Positions 16,071-25,017 of a DNA stretch of 31,586 bases are shown here, one piece after another. A model generated the notes under the pieces. That model was not told where the DNA came from. It searched no databases and worked only from the letters and a program-made list of their open reading frames with translations. The stretch comes from a virus (Duplodnaviria; Caudoviricetes). A program made the translations under genes and the position numbers. Position 1 is the first letter of the stretch; every line of letters begins with the position of its first letter. The stretch spans positions 1-31,586 of IMG/VR virus record IMGVR_UViG_3300017747_001100; one strand, 5' to 3'.

Positions 16071-17312
16071 ATGAGCTACACAAGCCCTTTTACGGGAGAC
16101 GTGGTACAACCGACTGACGTTTCTTACGAGTCGATCACGCTCGCTGCTAACCTGCAACTGGTTTGGCCAATTAACGGCAATCTCAGCACCGACACCCCGG
16201 CCGCTCGGATCATGGACGTAACGGCGTCCAGCGCTGGTCTCGAGCTGCGTATGCCTCCCGCTACACAGGTCTCAGTGGGTCAGGACGCGCTCATTAAAAA
16301 CACGGGCGCTAATACGTTCACCGTAAAAACCTACGGCGGGGCGAGTACGATCGTTTCTATTGCTTCGGGTGAAGCCAAATACGTTTACCTCACAAACAAC
16401 AGCACCGCTGCGGGAACCTGGGCTAACTTTGAATTCGGGGCTGGCACGTCTTCGGCCGATGCGGCGACGTTGGCCGGGGCCGGGCTGCTCGCTTCGGGTT
16501 TGACTTTGAACCAGAGCCACCCAGTATCGGCAGTCATAGCCGGGCAGGTGTTTGTAGATAGCGATCGAGCTAAAACTTACGTTTGGGGCGGCGGTGTGAC
16601 CACCGTGACGTTACCTTCGGCCGTGACCGTAGGTGATAGCTGGTTCATGCTTATTAAAAACAACGGCACAGGTACTTTGACGGTCGACGCTCCCGGTTCG
16701 CAGCAAATTGACGGTGCGCTCACAAAAGCATTTCAACCTAATGAGTCGGCTTTTATTGTCTCGACGGGAACTGCGTTTGTGACTGTTGGTTATGGTGTGA
16801 GCACGCAGTTTGCGTTTAACATCTTGAACAAAACCGTAACCGCCGGCGACTACACCCTGACCGCCTCTGAGGCGGCCAACACTATCATGATCTTTGATGG
16901 GGTGTTGACCAACAACGTCAATATCATCATTCCGCCAGTCGTTAATTTCTACATCGTCAGCAACCAGTGTTCGGCGGGTGGTTTCACTTTAACCATAAAA
17001 ACTGGCGCAGTCGGCGGCGGAACAGCTGTGGTTCCCGCCAGCGGGCAGGCGTCGTTATTTTGTGACGGTACCAACGTTCTCAACGCTAACACCACGCAAG
17101 CCGGTGGCACGTCTTTTGGTATCATTAACGGTTCGGCGGCTAGCCCTTCGCTTTATTTTAGCCTTGAAACCGACACCGGTATATACCGGCCCGGAGCGGG
17201 CAACTTCGGCATATCGATCTTAGGCACGCAACGCCTTAATCTCAGCGCTACCGGGTTAACCATCACCGGCGCGGGTACGTTTTCCGGCGGCGTGGCAGGG
17301 GGCGCATTCTAG
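16071..17312 (+). CDS. Tail fibre-docking/appendage protein with three tandem beta-domains
   Basis: Repeats LRMPP..LIKNTG..FTVK, VTLPS..LIKNNG..LTVD and IIIPP..IVSNQ..LTIK. C-terminal fibre motif GSAASPSLYF..DTGIYRPG; ends in GGAF. Confidence 0.6.
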   Translation: MSYTSPFTGDVVQPTDVSYESITLAANLQLVWPINGNLSTDTPAARIMDVTASSAGLELRMPPATQVSVGQDALIKNTGANTFTVKTYGGASTIVSIASGEAKYVYLTNNSTAAGTWANFEFGAGTSSADAATLAGAGLLASGLTLNQSHPVSAVIAGQVFVDSDRAKTYVWGGGVTTVTLPSAVTVGDSWFMLIKNNGTGTLTVDAPGSQQIDGALTKAFQPNESAFIVSTGTAFVTVGYGVSTQFAFNILNKTVTAGDYTLTASEAANTIMIFDGVLTNNVNIIIPPVVNFYIVSNQCSAGGFTLTIKTGAVGGGTAVVPASGQASLFCDGTNVLNANTTQAGGTSFGIINGSAASPSLYFSLETDTGIYRPGAGNFGISILGTQRLNLSATGLTITGAGTFSGGVAGGAF

Positions 17313-19615
17313 TGACCGCAAAAGTTTTCTCTCTTGATACGCGACCCGGTATCCAACGGGACGGCACCGTTTTCGATAAAGAGTATTACACCGACGGGCG
17401 TTGGGTACGGTTTCAAAAGTTTGGCGGCGATCTCGCTCGACCACGTAAGATGGGCGGGTATCGTGAAATTGTAAACGACCTGGCCGGCCCTTCGCGGGGT
17501 GTTTTTGTAGTGGTCAGAAGCCTTTACAACAACGTCTATAGCGGTTACAACGACGGGCTACAGGTCATACCGGTAAACAACAACGGGGTGGGTTCAGGGG
17601 TTACGGATTACAGTTTTGGTGGTCCGGTCTTGACAGTGGCTATAATTGATGGTGGGTCGGGGTACACCAGCGCCACATACACCAATGTGCCGCTCGAGTA
17701 CAACACACCCGGCTCAGGTTCGGGCACGGCGGCGGTTGCGACCGTGACCGTTACGGCGGGTGTCATCACCGCAGTAACCATCACCGGCGGCGGTGTCAGA
17801 TATGTGAAAGATGCTTTCCTGACCGCTGCGGACGCGAACCTGGGCGGCGGTGGTGGGACGGGTTTGCTGCTCAGGGTGGACACCGTAGACTCGCCGTTTG
17901 TAGCGTCAGATTTGAACTCTTGGCAGTTCGACACGTTTACCGACACCGTGGGCTATCAGACCAACTTGCTGCTCGCCCACCCGTCGCAAGATCTCCAAGA
18001 CATCGACAGCGAAACCAACACTCGGTTGCTCTGCGGACCGTTATCGGGCACGACGCTTTGGGCGGCGGGGTTGTTTGCGGTCACAGGGTGCACAGTCACG
18101 AGCGGCTCGAATACGGTCACGTTAGCCTCAGCTGATTTGAAAATTGCTGCTGGTCAGGTTGTAAAAGGCTACGGTATACCGGCCGGGACCACAGTTGTAT
18201 CGGTCGTTACAACCACGGTAACTTTGAGCCAAAACGCCACCGCATCGAGCACCACTTCGCTCACGTTTGACAACGAAGTTTCAATTTCGGGCGGTGTTGT
18301 AGCGTTGCATCCATATGTGTTTGTTTACGGCAACGACGGCCTGATTTGGAACTGCTCAGCCGGAGATATTGATGATTGGGTTTCGGCTGATGCTAATCGT
18401 GTGAACGCGGCCACGGGAAAGATCCTGCAAGGGTTGCCGGTGCGTGGTGGCTCAAATTCGCCGAGCGGTCTTTTCTGGTCATTGGACTCGTTGGTTAGAG
18501 TTTCTTACGCGCCTCAGTCTTTAGGTATTGCGGGTACGGGCAATTTCGCAGCCACCACCTACTGGCGTTATGACATTATAACGAGCCAGTCGTCGTTTTT
18601 GTCTTCCTCAGCGGTGATTGAGTATGACGGAATTTACTACTGGACGGGTGTCGACCGATTCCTACTGTATAACGGGGTTACAAAAGAGATCCCCAACACG
18701 TTTAACCAGAATTATTTCTTTGACAATCTGAACTACAATCAGCGCCAGAAAGTTTGGGCCACTAAAGTGCCGCGTTTTGGTGAGGTTTGGTGGTTTTACC
18801 CTCGGGGTGACGCCATCGAGTGTACCGACGCTGTGATTTACAACATTCGCGATAACACCTGGTACGATACGGGCGAGGCGATCGGAGCGCAACGTTCGGC
18901 GGGTTATTTTTCGCAGGTCTTCAGATTCCCCGTTCAGGCGGGCTATGACGTCAACGCTGCGGACACAATCAACACCGTGAGTATAACTGACGCGGGCTCA
19001 GGTTACACCGACGGAACCTACACCTACGAAACGCTCACTGGTGGCGGAGGTACAGGTGCTACAGCCACTATTGAGGTGATTAACGGTTCGGTGGCACTCA
19101 TAACGATCAATGATCGCGGCCAGGGCTACATGGTTGGCGAAACGCTAACAGCCGCGCTTGACGGCATAGGTATAGATTTTGAAGTCACGGTTGATAGTCT
19201 CATGCAACAGGTCTCGTTGTGGGAACACGAGATAGGCAAAGACCTTGTGCAGGGGACCTCGGTGTTGGCGATTGAAAGTTACTTTGTGACTTCTGACCTC
19301 GGGGTTGTTGCCGGGGGGCCGGCGACATTCTCCCCAGTGGGTGAAAACAAATGGACGCGTATTGAGCGCGTTGAGCCTAATTTTGTTCAAACTGGCAACA
19401 TAGACCTTTATGTTGTAGGTCGTCCGTACGCCGATGAAGTCGATCAGATCACCGGTCCTTATACGTTCTCACCGACGACAGGAAAAATAGACATGAAAGA
19501 GCAACGCCGTATATTGCGTTTGAAATTCGTTTCTAATGTTTCAGGGGGTGATTACATAACGGGTAAAATCATGGTCGGCGCGGACACAGGCGATGTTCGA
19601 GGATACTCAACATGA
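17312..19615 (+). CDS. Tail nozzle / DNA-stabilisation (P22 gp10, T7 gp12-type) protein with inserted domains
   Basis: 767 aa, aromatic-rich beta-propeller-like; WVRF..PRKMGG, FGEVWWFYP..YNIRDNTWY; position just before the ejection genes. Confidence 0.65.
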   Translation: MTAKVFSLDTRPGIQRDGTVFDKEYYTDGRWVRFQKFGGDLARPRKMGGYREIVNDLAGPSRGVFVVVRSLYNNVYSGYNDGLQVIPVNNNGVGSGVTDYSFGGPVLTVAIIDGGSGYTSATYTNVPLEYNTPGSGSGTAAVATVTVTAGVITAVTITGGGVRYVKDAFLTAADANLGGGGGTGLLLRVDTVDSPFVASDLNSWQFDTFTDTVGYQTNLLLAHPSQDLQDIDSETNTRLLCGPLSGTTLWAAGLFAVTGCTVTSGSNTVTLASADLKIAAGQVVKGYGIPAGTTVVSVVTTTVTLSQNATASSTTSLTFDNEVSISGGVVALHPYVFVYGNDGLIWNCSAGDIDDWVSADANRVNAATGKILQGLPVRGGSNSPSGLFWSLDSLVRVSYAPQSLGIAGTGNFAATTYWRYDIITSQSSFLSSSAVIEYDGIYYWTGVDRFLLYNGVTKEIPNTFNQNYFFDNLNYNQRQKVWATKVPRFGEVWWFYPRGDAIECTDAVIYNIRDNTWYDTGEAIGAQRSAGYFSQVFRFPVQAGYDVNAADTINTVSITDAGSGYTDGTYTYETLTGGGGTGATATIEVINGSVALITINDRGQGYMVGETLTAALDGIGIDFEVTVDSLMQQVSLWEHEIGKDLVQGTSVLAIESYFVTSDLGVVAGGPATFSPVGENKWTRIERVEPNFVQTGNIDLYVVGRPYADEVDQITGPYTFSPTTGKIDMKEQRRILRLKFVSNVSGGDYITGKIMVGADTGDVRGYST

Positions 19616-19860
19616 CTATCGCGTTGGTCTACGACCCTAGATATCATACTTTTGAGTCTTGGGCAGCGCTCATGTGTGAACTTTACGCTTCCAATCAATT
19701 ACAGGTTCCGATGTTTGATCTTGATTGGAAATCATGGGCTGCCGGGCTCAAAGCGATCGATGTGTTTGCAAACGAAGCCATCCCCGAACCTTATCAGTTT
19801 GACGACTGGCAAGAGTGGGCTATGGCAGTGGTCGGCGCAGTCAATCCAAGGGTGAACTGA
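19612..19860 (+). CDS. Small Trp-rich hypothetical protein
   Basis: 82 aa; ATGA overlap with the nozzle gene; PEPYQFDDWQEWA. Confidence 0.7.
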   Translation: MTIALVYDPRYHTFESWAALMCELYASNQLQVPMFDLDWKSWAAGLKAIDVFANEAIPEPYQFDDWQEWAMAVVGAVNPRVN

Positions 19861-19861
19861 C

Positions 19862-22800
19862 ATGGCTTTACCGGCATTGCCAAGCGGTTGGGAAAACTAC
19901 AATCCCTCGCAAAAAATCAATTGGTTTAACGCAAACCAAGTTGATGAAGGGACGCTTCGTAATTACGCCTCTCAGGCTGACATTGATTGGATGAAGAGCC
20001 AGGGTTATCAAGGGTCTTATGAGCCGATAGAAACCGAAGCTGTAACGGGGGTTAAACCTGGCGGCCTGGCTTCAGTTGCTTCGCAACCTGTCTACACACC
20101 CGAGCCTATTTATACCCCTGAGCCTGTCTATACGCCCGAACCAGTCTATACGCCACCTGACAACAGCGCCCAGATCGCATCACTAGCAGCGGAATTAGGC
20201 ATTCCTAAGTTTTTGGTTGCCAATTTCATTAACGCAGGATACACGGTTGACGATGTTCGGGGTATGTATCCAACGCAACCGGCTACACCCGAACCCGTGG
20301 TTACTTCAACCGTTACGCCTGTAACAGTAACGTCTGCAACCGGTGCATTGCCAACTGCTACCGCAGAAACATCTGGCACAGGCGCACTGCCAATAAGCAG
20401 TTTTGATACGAGTGGCAACGCTATAACTGGCACTACGTTTACAGAAGATCGTTATAACCCAGATGACCCCGCTTCGTCGCGTTACATAGCAGACCCTAAT
20501 GCGGGTCAGTATGTGTTTGATCCTGTTACGGGGAAGCCTAAATTACTGTCTGCTGATCAGGTTTATAACAATGTAGAGATTCCAACTTTCACAGATCGAA
20601 CCGTTTATCAGGGTGGCGGTGAAGATGCCGGCACTTTTGAATCTGCCGAGCAACAACGATCAGCTTGGCAAGCAGAGCAAGACCGCCGCGCAGCATTAAC
20701 GCCAGCGCAAAGAGCTATTGAAGATGCTAGATATACAGAAAATCTCGAAGGGGGTAATGAAACTCGATACAACACCGTAAATATTGGTGGCAAAGATTAT
20801 ACTGTCGCAGGTGATGGTAGCACTTTGGTTCGCATATCAGACAATCAATCAGGCTTAGGCTCAAAGCAAACCCGTTACGATATGCTTGACCCAGTAACAG
20901 GGAAAATAACGCAAGAAATTGGCGTCGAAGGTCCTGGGTTATGGAAAAGTTTTTTGACCAATCCTGTAACTGGTTTGATTCTTGGCTTAGCATTGCCTGG
21001 GGTTGGATCAGCTATAGGAAGTGCTTTAGGAGCCACAGGTGCCGCTGCGGGTGCTTTAGGCTCAGGTGTGTTGAACTTTGGCCTTCAGGTTGCTGCAGGC
21101 GCAGATCCAATTGATGCCTTAAAAGGGGCGGTGTTAAGCGCAGGAGCCGGGTTCGCAGGCGCTCAAGTTAGCTCAATGCTCCCAGCGGAACTAGCAAGCG
21201 CTGGTAAAGGCGCCATCACGCAACTCATTACGACAGGAAAACTTGATCCCGCAGCGTTAGCAACAAGTGTGGGCACAAGCTTCGCTACAGATGCTTTGGT
21301 TGCTGAAACAGGCGTTGATAAAGCCACCGCTTCAAAGCTCGTTTCCGCAGGTCTACAAGCCTTACAGGGCAATGAACTAGCCGCGCTTACATCACTTGCA
21401 CAAGCCGGTATTCAAAGTGGTTTAGCAGGAACGAACGCAACGGCTCAGTCGCCACAAGATCGCGCTGCGTTTCTTGAGGCCAATGCTTCGCCGCTAGGGC
21501 TTTCTGCGCTCTCGCCTAACCCCAGCGAAGATGAACTCATTAGTCTTGAACAGCGAACCAACTCAGCCAACCAGCTCCTGCGCGATTACACATCCCTAAA
21601 CAGTGATCTTTTTCGTGAAGGTGCGGTCAACCAGCTCACCGCACTAGGCATCAGCGCAGCCAAGGCAAACGAGCTTATTTCAAACGCCGATTCTCAGGTT
21701 GAGCAGCGCCGAGTCGCGACGGACGTCATGTCTCGGTACTCAAAGATTGACCCTGAGTTCGGCACACCGCAGCTTGATCGCAACACGGCGATTCAGCAGA
21801 TGGTTGCCGCTGGGATGAGCACCGACCGTGCCAATGAAATTTTGAACGGAGTTGACGCGCAGAACGCCATAAAACTTGAGAACAAGTTGAGCGTCCAGTC
21901 GGCTTATCAGAACTTTGTAAAAGGCACCGGCTCAGAGGAAGCTCTGCGCAGCGCCATGACCTCGGCGGGTTACACCGACGCCGATATCAACAATCAAGTC
22001 ACGCGAGGCCGAACCGTTCTTGAAGGTCAAAAGCTAACCGCAGGTGAGCAAGCGCAGCAACGCGCTGAGCTGCTGCCCGATATCCGCGCAGAAATCGCCG
22101 GTAAAGCAAACTTCAGCGACGCGTACGCCACTGCCCGTGAAAAGTTGGGGGCGGGCGCGGTGTTCACTTGGAACGGAAAGAGCTACAGCACCGCCACGTT
22201 TCAGGAAGACCCCAAGCTGGGCCTTGTGCCCGTTGCGGGTAGCGGGCGCGGCGAGGCCGCAGGCAAGACCGCCGAGCAAGAAGCCGCACTTGAGAACACT
22301 CGTCAACAGCTCGCCGCTCAAACCAAAAAGCCAATCGAGTCCTCGGGGCTGTGGTCGAATGTTTCTAACTTCCTGTCAACTCAAATGGCCGCCAGCAGTG
22401 CCGCCGCTAATGAGTATCTGAAAAACAACCCCAACAGTCCGATTACGCAGAGCGTCAGCACCGCATACGACGCAGCAGGTGAGCTGCTAAGCAATGTGGG
22501 CGGAGGAACGGCGCTGTTGGCGGGTAATAAACCCCTGGCGGATGCGTTCGTCAAGGGCGGCAGCGAGCTTCAGAAGATGGGGCAGTCAATCGGCACCGGC
22601 CCGCAGGATACCGCTAACTTCAATCAAACGATGCAGCTGCTCGATGCGGCTAAAGGCCCGCAGGAAAAACTCGCGGTGTTGGCGGGACGGGTTCTTGATG
22701 GCACGAGCGGTCTCGCCCGGCAGACCGTCATTGAGCTTAGGCAAGAGCTGCCCGCGCTGTTTTTAGGCGGCGCGGGTGCAAAAGCCGCGCTCATAGCTAG

Positions 22801-25015
22801 CGGACTGATTGACACCGCTGACACCGCCGGTGGGGCGGCGCTCGACGCCTATGACTCAGCGGTCAAGAGCGGTAAGACGCATCAGGACGCGCTCACCGAC
22901 GCCCGCAAGGCTGGGGCGGCTGCCGGCGCGACTGAGGCGGCTATACAGTTGACGATTGGAAAACTAGGCGAGCTAGCAGTTGGAAAGCTCGACAACATAG
23001 TCGCAAAAGCTGCGGGTCGAATCGGCGGCGAAACCGTAACCGAAGGCGCTCAGGAGGGTCTCGCTTCAGCTGCGGTTGACCTCGCTCTGACGGGCACGGT
23101 TGATGCGAATAAAGCCTTAACCCAAGCGATCATAGGTGGCGCGATTGGAAAAAGCACCTCGCTAGCCACGTCAGGGGTTGGCGCTGCGGAGGACATTCAG
23201 ACCGCGATTGATCAAAACGCTGTTAGCAACGCCGTGGGCAATCTTCAAACGCTCTACGGCGATACCGCCGCTGCCTCAATGGTGAACGCGTTGGTTGGCT
23301 CTGATAACCTCACGGTGGCTGGACAGACGCTGGCTTCTGACCTTTCAAACTTGATGGGTGATGCGGCGGCGGTCACAACCGCCAATACGTTGGTTTCAAA
23401 CGCTGCGATTGGGCAGGCTGCTGATACGCTAACCGCTCAGGGTCTAAGCGTCAACAACCTATCAACCGTAGTTGGTAAAACAGACACCGGCGGTGATATC
23501 ACGTTAGGCAACGCGCTCGGCTCCGCCATTACGGGCAACGGCCCCAGTGTTGCAGCTTCGACGGTCGTGGGCACAAAAGCTGACGGATCAGCATTAACGC
23601 TCGGCGACCTCAAAGCCACTGTGACCGGGGGGACGAGTGCTCAGATCACATCCGGCCTGACGGGTGATTTAAGCGCATCAGGTTCTGCGGCAACCGCCGT
23701 AGATACAAAGGCGGGAACGGATACTTCTGCAGCCACGGACACAACAGGCGGCGTAACAGCGGCAACCGACACAAAAGGCGGGGTAACAGCAGCCGTAGAC
23801 ACAACAGGCAAAGTTACGAGTGATGTTAAAACTGACGCAACCACAGGGGTAACGTCTCAAACGACTACAGACGCAAGCACGGGAACGTCAACCATTGTTT
23901 CAACTGACCCAACAACTAACACAAACACAAGCACTACGACTAACGCTGCTACGGGTATTACGACTCAGGTCACGACTAACACAAACACCAACATCACAAC
24001 CAGCGTAACGACTAATGCTACCACCGGCTCATCAACCACTATTACAACAGACGCGTCCGCCGGAACAAACACTAAGGTCACTGAAACCACTAACGGAACA
24101 ATTACAACGCAGGTCGACACGAATAATAACACGTCCGTAACTACGGCGGTCGACACGACCACCAACACCACAACGCAAACCACGGTCAACTCAAGCACCG
24201 GGGAAGTGAAGATTACGGTTACAGACACGGGAACCGGCGACATCATTGATACCGAAATAACGACGGTTGATAAACTCACGCCTGAAGAAGTGGCGATCAT
24301 TACGGTTGACCCGGTCAAGCCTGTTGAGCCCGTTAAACAGGCCACTCAGTCAAAAGCTCCTAGCTCCGGCGGCGGAGCGCCTGCGGCGCTGCTCGGCGGA
24401 ATGTCGCTCGCGGGCGGTGCGGTTGACTGGCTAGGGCCGCAGTTTTTGAAATCAAAAGAACGCGGAGGCTACCTTGACCCGCTGGCTGAGTTTCAGGCTC
24501 TTCAACAGGATGCTGAGCGTCAAGAGCTACTTAAACAAATACAACCCGAACTAGCAAACGTTTTAACGGAGCGCGGAGCGATGCCATATTACGCCTACGG
24601 CCAAGAACCTTCTATTGATGAAGCGTTGGGCTTGCCCTCAGAAGATTCCTCAGGGTATAATGATGAATCAGAATACGAACCCGTATTCAGATCGGGCGGA
24701 AAAGTTTCTCCGCTCAACCTGCAAATGATGTACGCCAAAGGTGGGCACACGCGTGAAGACTTCCGAGACGGTAAGCATGTGGCTGGCCCCGGTGATGGGC
24801 AGTCGGATGATATTCCGGCGTGGCTCGCGGACGGTGAGTTTGTTTTTCCGGCGGATGTTGTCAGCGCCCTGGGTAACGGGTCAACCAAAGCTGGCACCGA
24901 AAAGCTCTACGAGATGATGCATAGTATCCGCGACCGGGCTCGCTCGAAAGGCTCGAAAGACCTTCCTCCGCCGGCGCACAAGAGCCCGCTCGACTACCTG
25001 AAGAAAGGTAAATAA
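19862..25015 (+). CDS. Large mosaic internal virion/ejection protein (1717 aa)
   Basis: Long uninterrupted ORF after the nozzle. Contains Pro repeats, Gly/Ala hydrophobic segments, a Thr-rich region and a C-terminal GPGDGQSDDIPAWLADGEFVFPADVV domain. Confidence 0.7.
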   Translation: MALPALPSGWENYNPSQKINWFNANQVDEGTLRNYASQADIDWMKSQGYQGSYEPIETEAVTGVKPGGLASVASQPVYTPEPIYTPEPVYTPEPVYTPPDNSAQIASLAAELGIPKFLVANFINAGYTVDDVRGMYPTQPATPEPVVTSTVTPVTVTSATGALPTATAETSGTGALPISSFDTSGNAITGTTFTEDRYNPDDPASSRYIADPNAGQYVFDPVTGKPKLLSADQVYNNVEIPTFTDRTVYQGGGEDAGTFESAEQQRSAWQAEQDRRAALTPAQRAIEDARYTENLEGGNETRYNTVNIGGKDYTVAGDGSTLVRISDNQSGLGSKQTRYDMLDPVTGKITQEIGVEGPGLWKSFLTNPVTGLILGLALPGVGSAIGSALGATGAAAGALGSGVLNFGLQVAAGADPIDALKGAVLSAGAGFAGAQVSSMLPAELASAGKGAITQLITTGKLDPAALATSVGTSFATDALVAETGVDKATASKLVSAGLQALQGNELAALTSLAQAGIQSGLAGTNATAQSPQDRAAFLEANASPLGLSALSPNPSEDELISLEQRTNSANQLLRDYTSLNSDLFREGAVNQLTALGISAAKANELISNADSQVEQRRVATDVMSRYSKIDPEFGTPQLDRNTAIQQMVAAGMSTDRANEILNGVDAQNAIKLENKLSVQSAYQNFVKGTGSEEALRSAMTSAGYTDADINNQVTRGRTVLEGQKLTAGEQAQQRAELLPDIRAEIAGKANFSDAYATAREKLGAGAVFTWNGKSYSTATFQEDPKLGLVPVAGSGRGEAAGKTAEQEAALENTRQQLAAQTKKPIESSGLWSNVSNFLSTQMAASSAAANEYLKNNPNSPITQSVSTAYDAAGELLSNVGGGTALLAGNKPLADAFVKGGSELQKMGQSIGTGPQDTANFNQTMQLLDAAKGPQEKLAVLAGRVLDGTSGLARQTVIELRQELPALFLGGAGAKAALIASGLIDTADTAGGAALDAYDSAVKSGKTHQDALTDARKAGAAAGATEAAIQLTIGKLGELAVGKLDNIVAKAAGRIGGETVTEGAQEGLASAAVDLALTGTVDANKALTQAIIGGAIGKSTSLATSGVGAAEDIQTAIDQNAVSNAVGNLQTLYGDTAAASMVNALVGSDNLTVAGQTLASDLSNLMGDAAAVTTANTLVSNAAIGQAADTLTAQGLSVNNLSTVVGKTDTGGDITLGNALGSAITGNGPSVAASTVVGTKADGSALTLGDLKATVTGGTSAQITSGLTGDLSASGSAATAVDTKAGTDTSAATDTTGGVTAATDTKGGVTAAVDTTGKVTSDVKTDATTGVTSQTTTDASTGTSTIVSTDPTTNTNTSTTTNAATGITTQVTTNTNTNITTSVTTNATTGSSTTITTDASAGTNTKVTETTNGTITTQVDTNNNTSVTTAVDTTTNTTTQTTVNSSTGEVKITVTDTGTGDIIDTEITTVDKLTPEEVAIITVDPVKPVEPVKQATQSKAPSSGGGAPAALLGGMSLAGGAVDWLGPQFLKSKERGGYLDPLAEFQALQQDAERQELLKQIQPELANVLTERGAMPYYAYGQEPSIDEALGLPSEDSSGYNDESEYEPVFRSGGKVSPLNLQMMYAKGGHTREDFRDGKHVAGPGDGQSDDIPAWLADGEFVFPADVVSALGNGSTKAGTEKLYEMMHSIRDRARSKGSKDLPPPAHKSPLDYLKKGK
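20087..20155 (+). repeat. 18-nt tandem coding repeat, about 4 copies (P[VI]YTPE)
   Basis: cctgtctacacacccgag / cctatttatacccctgag / cctgtctatacgcccgaa / ccagtctatacgcca. Confidence 0.85.
23729..23818 (+). repeat. 30-nt tandem coding repeat, 3 copies (AA[TV]DT[TK]G[GK]VT)
   Basis: gcagccacggacacaacaggcggcgtaaca / gcggcaaccgacacaaaaggcggggtaaca / gcagccgtagacacaacaggcaaagttacg. Confidence 0.8.
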
Positions 25016-25017
25016 TC

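Noticed and set aside
17630-17646. Perfect TTGACA and TATAAT close together
   Set aside because: Spacer is only 5 nt, so it cannot be a sigma70 promoter.
19862-25015. Calling the 1717-aa protein a true tape measure protein
   Set aside because: No tail tube, sheath or tail chaperone genes recognised; it follows a nozzle-like gene, so an ejection/internal protein fits better despite the shared C-terminal motif.
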